Shown here one piece after another: positions 52,272 to 61,396 of a stretch of 61,396 nucleotides of DNA. Made by a program: the position numbers and the translations under genes. The DNA is from Saccostrea cucullata (taxonomy: Eukaryota), in contig NW_026934719.1 of NCBI RefSeq assembly GCF_032062105.1, forward strand, positions 1 through 61,396, given 5' to 3'. Under the pieces are notes generated by a model, which was not told where the DNA came from, did no database searches, and saw nothing but the letters and a program-made list of their open reading frames with translations. How positions within the stretch are numbered: position 1 is the first letter of the stretch; each line of letters starts with the position of its first letter.

Positions 52272-55200
52272 GAGGAATTATAGTTTATAATGCATTATTA
52301 AGAATATTTATTTGCAATTAAAAGATAACGGAGTAGAATTTACTTTTCCGTAGAATTTTAAATGTAATATACAAAATTTTAATTGCTAATTGCAACTTTT
52401 GGGTACAGCACCGCCTTCTTACACAAGAGAATGAAAGGCAATATTTAAATTTAAATAGGGCTAATTTATGTAGTTATTCGATATTAAGTTGTACAAGCAA
52501 TGAGTGTCATCATTCATCTATTTCAGTTCAGTAGCTCCATTATTATATAGCTCAAACATCTTCCATTATATTATTAATTGATTAAATACTACAAATAAAA
52601 TTTGTATCGGTATTTCAGGTAACCTATGCCCTGTTCGTGTTCAATATTACATCAATCTAATGACCCTAGAAACATTATGAAATGCTTATTGATGCTATAT
52701 AAAGGCTAAAATGTATAAATTCATTAATTATGTAATAATTTTGACTTACGTGAAAAGAGACGCAGCTGTATAAGCTTCCACTTTCTATCAAAAATTTGCC
52801 TTTGACTTGAGAGACTAACCAGAGAACATTTTTGTTTACAACGGGGCGTTCCATATGTAACGCTCGTATTTGAAATACCTTGGGCATACTCATATAACAC
52901 GTACTTTGTACGTAAAACAAATTTATCGTTTTGTAAAGCACCAATATATTGAATGCGAAAATTATTTCGCGTTTTAGTATAGTTTTTTTTTTTATTATCA
53001 ATTACAAGTACTTAACTAGCAATACATGTATAATATAAATATTTTATTTTTGCTCTTCCATGTTTGAAAATGAAATTTGAAACACTCTTTTATGGAGATA
53101 TTTCAGACTGAAGTATTTCTAATAAAGTCGGTCAAGTTAAGCCGTTTTTTAGATGTTGATGGAATAGACTTTCGATGAATGATGTTCTAATTTGCGCTTA
53201 ACTAATAATGCATAATTGGTTCTGAGGTTATAGAATTGATTTGATGAACAAGAAGATTCGATCAAGTACACGTCATGCAAAATTGAGACAAATAAGCATT
53301 TATTAATTCATATTAGATATCATAAACTCATAAACCTTTCTACTTGTTTGTAAAAGATCCTATACTTATTCATTATACATTTTAACAATCGGAACTACTC
53401 GAACCTTGCAGGCTAGTGGAAAAACAATCTCAAATGCTTTAAGAAGACGCCATAACACCCCACCCCCCATTTTGCACGATCTTTGATATAAATGCATGGA
53501 GACCTTTTATATGTGAAATATGAAGTTTAACTTTATTTATTGTAATGATATCACCAAAGATATACAATAGAAGGGACATCTAAATCCTTTATTCTTATAC
53601 AGGAAATATAAAATTTTTAACATCTGGTGATGTTAATACATTCAAGATTGTTTTCCGACCTCTAACGGAAAGATCCGAGATGAGGTGATTGACAATTTAA
53701 TAAAAAGGAGTTGCATCAGGTATTATTCCACCTGTATATCTTTAAAGTCTTTTCAGGTATTAAACTTTTGTATTTTTCATGAATTGATTGCATACGCAAT
53801 GTCCAAGAAGCAAATTTTTGAAAATGGACATCTCAGATAGTGTAAAATATATTCTGAATAAAATGTCGGCAAGGTTCCCCAAATTTTGAAGGAGATTAAT
53901 ATATAACAGTTTTGATTTTGTTTAATAAAATTGTAATGTTTTAATCGTATTGAATCAAACGTTTTAATGACCATATTTGTCCTGGTAAATGGTTGACCTG
54001 ACACCCCTTACAAATAGAACACCCTGTGTGTATATAGACTCGGGATGTTGTGAATCTGTGTCTTTCTTGTAAACGTTATGAGGGTGAAGAAGCTGTATAG
54101 TAAGTAACTAAGTATAAGGGTCAATTAAGGGTTCTAAGTGTTAGGAAAGATAAGAAGGCGATCAATTCAGTGGCCCGAATAGAGCTGAAGCTGCTTTGGT
54201 TGTCTGTGTATCTTATTATTTTCCTTGGTGGTCGTCCACTGTGACTGACCATAGCACTGACAAATTCAATCAGGAAAAATAGCTACTGTTGGGGATAGTG
54301 GCCCGAATAGAGCCGACCTGTCTCTGGAACTAGTCTATTTAATTAGGACACATAGCAGTTACTTATTGAAGGTCTTCCATTTATTTTTGATTCACTTCTT
54401 GATTTAACCCAAGGTAAGGACATTCAAATATATAATATAAATCTAATCAGTGATTGACGAAAAGTATTAGTTTGTCAGGCAAAGATGTTCTTACGAACTC
54501 GTTATAAAGATTGACGGCAATATAGTGCCGTTACACAATCAAAGTTGACAGTTTTGTTTGAATCAAAATTTTCATGTTTTATGTTCATTGAAATTAACTG
54601 GTTAAACTTGCATTTAATATTCTTCAACAGAGATTGTGATTTGTACATTTATTCATCTGATATATAATGTACGAGCTAAGAAAGCAATCGTTTGATAATT
54701 GCATAAATATATGTTATGTCCTCTCATCTTAAGTTGTTCGCTTATTGTATCCATGCACTCATTGGCACTTCATTGTATCTTTACGTAAATTCATGTATTT
54801 TTGTTTAGACAACCATATTCTCATAATGAATGTAAAAAGCTATACTTTTCAACGAAATGAATCAGTAAGCAACTGCTTTTGAGATTTTTTTTTCAACAAA
54901 ACTATATCATCATATGAACAGAGCAAAATCGTGGGAAGGGAGGCAATCTGATTTTGTTAAATATCAACCTTAATACATTATTATTTCGTCAACTTTTATA
55001 CCCTATAATCAATATTTACACTGTTTTTTGATTAGTCATTGAAAACTGTACCTACGATTGCTGAATAAGGACTTTGAACCCTTTCGTGATCTTTTTGGGG
55101 TTTTTATTTCGGATATGTCCTACAGTTTGTATAGACTTGTGAAATGAGACCAATCAGATATTGTAGTCGTATTAGTCGGCAAACATTCCATAAATCCCAA

Positions 55201-57419
55201 CCAGAACATTAAACAGAAAGTTTACTTCGAGAGGTTTTGATATTTTACATGTTAGATCACAGCACAGTTAAGGTTACAAATGGAAATATAGACGATTTCT
55301 TAAGATAAAAAATATATATTTTACTAGGATGGGCGATTCTTTTTAGGACTTCACTGATATCGAAAAAAATGAAATGTGGTTTAAATCTACATGTTGGGGA
55401 CATTTAGATTTTTTATTAAGACTTGCCACGTGATGGCGACGTCACATGATTTTAGCAATTATATTTGTAGTTTAGAGGTCATTTATAAATTCCAATATTG
55501 CAAGTGCATAACCAAGTTAAATATCTCATTTTCATTTATAATCCTTTTCAACACTATATGTAGTTTGTGAAAAGTGCTGCGAACCTATATACATTCTCTT
55601 TTTTAATTGCTAAACTTTAATTTGTTGGACGGCAGGTTGGATATTTTGCTGGTCAACTACATTAAATGTAGCTATAATTAATTTATTTGCAAGATTTCAT
55701 GAGGTTAGCAGCACTTTTCGTACATCTTAATGCTTCTTGAGTTTATGTGTAAAAACTTGACAAGATACATTGATAGTATGGCCTTGCAATAAATCGATTT
55801 ATTAGGACCCTTCCATTACTTTTTCAATGATTCTGCATACAAACACACGACAGTATCACTTGTCTGGAGAACGTACGGACAGTTTATAAATAAAATACTA
55901 AAATAGACATCGCATCCAAGTTTACGGCCTTTTATTTAAATGCATAGAATATTTCATTTGAGAAAAAAGACATTTTCATTGTTTCAAATGTGACTTGATC
56001 AGCTTTCACTGTGTACAAACTGCACCATTTTTGCGAGAGGACGTCACATTGACAAGTGCATTGCGATCGATGCATCGTTTAAAAACTGTTGTGTGGAATT
56101 TAACAAACGACAAAACTGCATGTAATAGTAAGTTTGATTGTAGTATACAGCTATCCAGCTGTTTGAAATAGCAAATGATTTCATTTTGTGGTATTTTGAA
56201 GACCTTATATTATGTGTGACGTCATAGTAAATATTTCCCGTACAAATTAGGCCCCGCCTCCTTACTTTAACCTTAACTGTGCTGCGATGCTACTCTGCCA
56301 AATAATTCTTTAAACAAAGTATTTGTTTTTCTATAAAATACAGCAGGGTTCTCCATCATTTGAAATTTAACTGTGGCGCAAGAATTTCCCGAAGTACTGA
56401 TATTCGCGGTCATTTTACGACCAATTCACGAAGGAATCACAAATTAAATTGAAAAACACACAGCACATATGCATCCATATTCCAATACAAATAACATTAT
56501 TTTTTTGGCAAAATGTTTGATGAATTTAAGAATAATAATTTAAAAAATGATATCGTTTTAATTTAGTGTAGTGATATCGTTTTAACATAGTGTAGAACAA
56601 AAATTAAATTATTTCCACAATATATTAACTCTGAATTAAAGATCCCCCCTTCCTAAACACACATAAGAACTAAATAAAGAGATTTTTGCTTATAGAATCA
56701 AAAAAAGTATCAGTCATAACAGGTTTTAAGTATTTAACCCTAATTTAATAAAAGATTGTTTTCAAAAGGTAAATATACACATGCAATGTTCATTAAATAT
56801 CGACAGAGGAAATTCGGGTATGTTACATTAAAAACAGAAAGATGTGGGAGAGTAGTGAGAACGACAACTCTGTATAGAGAATAATTAGACCTATACGATG
56901 TTTTGACTCTCGGCGCAAATGTAATGTTCGAGACATTGTTAACTGTAAAACTATTTAAGCATGAACTAATTTATATTTTAAATTGCCTTTGTAATTATCG
57001 TGAAGTGTGAAAAAACGGCTTCCTGTGTCCAGCGAGGTCTCAGAGATAATTGATTGTGCAAGCCAAACAATGGGCCCTAATTAGAGTAAATTTACAGATT
57101 AGCATTAGAAACTGAAATCGGTACATAGTTAGTATGTTTCAAAATTATTATTATGACAAAAAGGTCATTTAACTATTTTATTGAAGAATATTTCAATTTA
57201 AAAAGTATTTGACAGTTAGATGTATGTTTTTTTTTTCTTTTTTAGATATGTAAATAGTTGGTTCTTATTTAAATTCTATTGAAACAAAGAACAGGAAGAC
57301 ATTATTTTTGCATCAATCTATAGTAGTTTAAAACTTTTTGGCGCTATTTTTTTTTTCATTTTTTTTCTAAATTCAAAAGAAATACAGTTAAAATTATTCC
57401 TCTTTTTTTGTGTATTTAG

Positions 57420-57461
57420 ATGGACAAAATATCCGACACAGAGCTGGATTCAGCTGAATAG
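57420..57461 (+). pseudogene. Orphan terminal exon of a family-A gene (A3): MDKISDTELDSAE*
   Basis: Acceptor tatttag is intact and the exon is paralogous to 37448-37489. I found no signal/hairpin exon in 49-57 kb, and AATAAA is changed to GATAAA. Confidence 0.65.
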
Positions 57462-58499
57462 AATTCCCAGCATTCCAGAGAAATGTTTTCCTGGTTTCTC
57501 GAAGATTACAAGATAAAAATGTTGGCTTTTTCTATTCTGGGTTTATTTTGACTGAATCCGTATACAAAATGGTTATAAATGCAAGGGTTAAAATGCGACC
57601 CTAGAGTAGGTTATTGTTTCTGACAAAGTCATTATTGTACCATTATCTAATTTTGAAATGTGAATTTAAAAATTAATCATGAAAATTAAAATCAGCAGTC
57701 TGATTATCTATCGCATACGAAAGGGTTTGTACTTGGATCTCAAGCATGCTTCTAAGTATTAAATGGGTTGTGAGACGTAATCAGTATATGCACGTGACAG
57801 AGGACGATTACGTAATAAATAAGGAGATTTGAGTGTGTAAAGAGCGATTTGATCTGGTAAAGTCGTTAGTTTGTCCTTTTGGCATGTTACGTACAATAAT
57901 AAAAACAATACATGAATATAAAAAGAAACTTATCATACATAAAATGAGATTGTTTAATAGAGGGCTTTGAAAAGTTTTCAATCAACCGTGAGGATGACAT
58001 TGACACCTATTCAATTGCAACCTTAGTACCACAAAAACTGCTATTAATAGAGTAGGTTTTCATAATCATTACATTAACCATTTAGATGAAAGAAACCGAT
58101 TGCACGATTTGGATTTTTAAACTGATCATCTTTACGTTTGTGTTCTTCTCATTGGCGCATGAGCGAGCAGTTTAACTTATTTATTCGGTGTGTTTACCCC
58201 TAGCCCAATGCAGCTTGGGTTTGTCAAGACTTTCTCGCGAACAAGCACATTTACCCACTGGACTAGTCTCCTTAATGTTCATCTTTTACTTATTGAACAT
58301 CTGTGGGACAGAGAGGAAGATGCGGTTTTAATAACACTTGAATTTTGAGGCAAAATCAAATGGGATTTGGGATACATTTACATTTTAAAATATTTAAGCG
58401 TAAGATAAGAAAATTTGAAAATACATATGGAAAATGAAATTGTACACCTAAAGATTTTACCCTTTTTTTCTTTAAGTAAATATATTCATTACGAACGTT

Positions 58500-59270
58500 A
58501 TCCGAGCTCAAAAGACCTTCAAACAATACAAATTTGTAGCAGAGCATTTACGGACCTGCGAAATATCAGAGGGTGGATAAAGTGCCATGAAGGATTGAGA
58601 TTCCCCTGTCAACCGGTCACACCCGCCGTGTGCTCCTTGTCATGATCATAAAAAACGTCACCTAACATAAATTTTAGCTTAATGATAAATTGTAATCGCT
58701 GACAAGGTCATTGTATCGACCATAGAACTAAGAAAATGATAACTTTAGACGAAACTGCTTATATTCCTGTTTTTTAAACTTAATTGTGAATAACTAAAAT
58801 CATTTTAGAAATTGTTCGTACGTAGAGCATGTTCTTGTGTATATTAAATCAACTGAGATATGAACCCTGTATGCAGGAGATGAGGGTAAACTGTTGCATA
58901 GGAAAAGGATGTTGACAATTAAAAAGTTTCAGTTATCACTTTAATCATAAACCTTAGTTGTTAGATTACCAAAAAGATCTTTTTCCGTTAAAATATCCAA
59001 ATATGAAACTGATGTGAGAGACTCTGTGGTATCTTTTATTTTAAACTCACTTGGATATATCGTGTTCATATTAGAATTGAAATTACCATTATTAATTGAC
59101 AATACGTCGTCCACATATCTAAATGTCGGGTTTAAGGTCACAGCAAGTGTTTTCTTCTTTTCATGTATTTTGGATAAATTTTGCTTCATATGAATACAAA
59201 ATATATTTGCTCAAGTCTAGGCGCAATTGGTACCAATATTAATGGAATTCCAATACAATGTTGGCAGACG
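58500..59270 (-). mobile_element. Decayed Penelope-like RT remnant (duplicate of 39170-39930)
   Basis: ORF 58941-59189 reads TFRYVDDVLSINNGNFNSNMNTIYPSEFKIKDTTESLTSVSYLDILTEKD...LTTKVYD. Confidence 0.87.
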
Positions 59271-59513
59271 GGGGAGTGCGTTCAATAGCGTAGCTCCCAC
59301 GTAGCCGAAACGTGTAGCCACGATCTTAAATAAACAGCTAGCCTAGCCTCTACGTAGGGTGAGTTTGCTTAAATATTAATGCTTAGTACCAAATCCAAGA
59401 TGTTAAATTACAACATCGCAACACACTCGATTTTAAAAAAAATAGGGTACTATTTTCAACATTATAGAGAGTGAAATAGAAATTAACACACTAGTATGTA
59501 TAAAAATACATAC

Positions 59514-60458
59514 ATGTCCAAGAACGAATTCGATGTCGATATCAACGATATCGAAAATTTTATGTCGATATCGTATCGATATCGATCGTGATCAGCACTA
59601 TTAATTGGAAATACCTGGTGCCAAATTTGAGACACTATATTACGTCGATGTCGTCGATATCGACGATATCATGACAATATCGTATCGATATCGATCCTAT
59701 TTGCATAATCTATCTTCACATTGAGGTATAACATTATTTTACAAAGTCAAAAGTGAAGTCAAAATTGATTCATTATTGGCATGAATATGAAAATAAATTA
59801 TGATTAAGAAATTTTTCAGGTTGTTATTGTTTTAGATTAGATTTAGAGTAAGATGTTGGGTTAGGGTGAAAATTCTTGAAAATGTTTTAACAATCATGAT
59901 TCGATATCGATACGATATCGTCGATATCGACGATATCGAGAGTAAGGTAAACTTATTAAACACAGAAGTCTTGTAAAAATAAATTTCTTGTATTAAGGTG
60001 AAGGTTGGTAAAATAATATGCTTTTAACAATCATGTTTCGATATCGATACGATATCGTCGATATCGACGATATCAATGGCAGGTAAAATCTTCGTAAAAG
60101 GAAAGTAATTAAACATAAAACATTCAAAGTAGCAGGGAAGGTATAAACAAAGGTTGAGCGAACATGATTCGACATCGAAGCGATATAGTCGATATCGACG
60201 ATATCGACACTTCAGGGAAAGATTTATAAAGAATGTTTTAAGTAACAGTTGTTAAAAACAGCATATAAAGGATGGAAACCATAATTCTTGAAACAATCAT
60301 GATTCGATATCGGCACGATATCGAGAACACTAACAGTAAGAAAATAGTCTTAAAACAGGAAGCATTGTTATAAACACACGAGAATAGTGAAATATTATAG
60401 AAAACTATAAAAAAAAAAGTCATGTGTCGATATCGTAACTACATCGTGTCTTGGACAT
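59514..60458. mobile_element. TIR element with internal arrays of palindromic GATATC/TCGA motifs
   Basis: Ends atgtccaagaacga / tcgtgtcttggacat. About 7 clusters resembling cgatatcgatacgatatcgtcgatatcgacgatatc, in both orientations. Absent from the paralogous position near 40150-40195. Confidence 0.8.
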
Positions 60459-60905
60459 AACTCTAAAAATAAGTTTAAACAGAAACGTTTTTTATCAAAA
60501 ATCTGACACTTGGCAACTTAGCTAGCTCTCCGTTCGATAGAGACAAATATCTAACATCAAGCAGCTAGATTAGCCTCTACGATCTTGAATGTATTCCTGG
60601 TCTCCAAAACACAACATAGATATTGTCAAGCAGAAAAGATTAATGACCAAGTCTTATAATGCAGATATTTTTATTTCATTTTCAACAGAAATGTTAGAAT
60701 GGTTCCTTTGTATGTCCTTCATTCAACTAGTTCCCTATGACTACAAAAAAATTAATGAAAGTTAGTCTGATAAGTTGAAAAACATAATAGTATGTTGAAT
60801 GAATGAGTAAGAATAAATTAAAATCTCAAAACTTCAATAAATAAAAATTACTCAAAATATAATATATGATTAAGGAACAATGTAACGTCCAATTTGCTAC
60901 TTACT

Positions 60906-61286
60906 TTAAGCTTCAATTTCAGTAGTCAAATATCCAGTGCTTCTCTTAGACGCTTTATGGCCATCAATGTCTCTTAGTATTTTACGATATTCAGATTCCT
61001 TAAAAAACAAAATGCACAATATTAATTCAGATAGAAGAAATAAATACAAGATAAAGGGAAAGACTGAGAAAAAATGAGAGATAAAGAGAGACAGAATGTG
61101 TGAGAAAGAGTAAGAGAGAGGCGGTGAGAGAGAGAGGGGGGGGGAGTCACAAAGAGAGAGGGAGAGAGACACCCAAATCCACACACACCCTTTCTTACCT
61201 CTACACTCTTTGTTTGTCTTTCCTCTGCTTTATTACTGCTCCTCTCCACTTTTTCAAAGACGTCATCGTCTGTTTCAATGCTTCTT
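60906..61286 (-). CDS. Family-B gene B3, 3' coding exons only (61286-61199, 60998-60906); 5' exons would lie beyond the window
   Basis: RSIETDDDVFEKVERSSNKAEERQTKSVE|ESEYRKILRDIDGHKASKRSTGYLTTEIEA*. The 88-nt and 93-nt exons have intact splice sites, and a gtaagt donor lies 1 nt after the stop. Confidence 0.78.
61064..61190. repeat. GA-rich microsatellite in B3 intron
   Basis: Direct observation. Confidence 0.85.
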
Positions 61287-61396
61287 CTGAAACATTTATG
61301 AGGAGAAAATATTAATAGAAACAAAGTGCTCAGTAATATTATGGTTTTCCAACAAAGCTGATGACAGAAAAGTAAGAATGATTCCTTTGTATGTCC

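Larger units (their letters stand above)
57158..61396 (+). repeat. Segmental duplication, copy 2 (paralog of 37175-41305; runs off the window)
   Basis: Colinear homology with copy 1, with different TE insertions. Confidence 0.93.

Noticed and set aside
44668-56900. Assorted 60-110 aa ORFs (e.g. 47142-47471, 52675-53001)
   Set aside because: AT-rich composition with no motif, paralog or splice structure; expected by chance or inside TE remnants.
59514-60458. CRISPR-like repeat-spacer array
   Set aside because: Eukaryotic context, degenerate repeats in both orientations, long irregular spacers, bounded by TIRs, and no cas genes.

Overview
AT-rich, intron-containing eukaryotic DNA. The repeat content (V-domain-type tRNA SINEs, Penelope-like RT remnants, MITEs, many TACATGTA footprints) suggests a bivalve, probably an oyster; this is inferred, not shown. 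Bases 1-30536 are a head-to-tail macrosatellite of about 8.15 units of ~3.73-3.78 kb. Each unit carries a complete spliced gene that the ORF track misses: 1 non-coding plus 6 coding exons, all coding introns phase 0. It encodes a 178-aa protein I do not recognise, with an internal two-exon duplication and a basic, Cys-rich C-terminus that may be lipidated. Bases 30.5-61.4 kb hold an alternating cluster of two families of small secreted 4-cysteine precursor genes, also largely invisible in the ORF track. Family A (+ strand) is signal peptide, CxC...CxC hairpin and short acidic tail; one member has an extreme Arg/Trp loop. Family B (- strand) is signal peptide, Tyr/His-rich 4-Cys domain, RTKR furin-type site and acidic propeptide. 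The cluster has intact, partial and pseudogenised copies, a >4 kb segmental duplication and many transposon insertions. It is the best candidate for an undescribed host-defence peptide locus. All gene models were spliced by eye and no database search was run.
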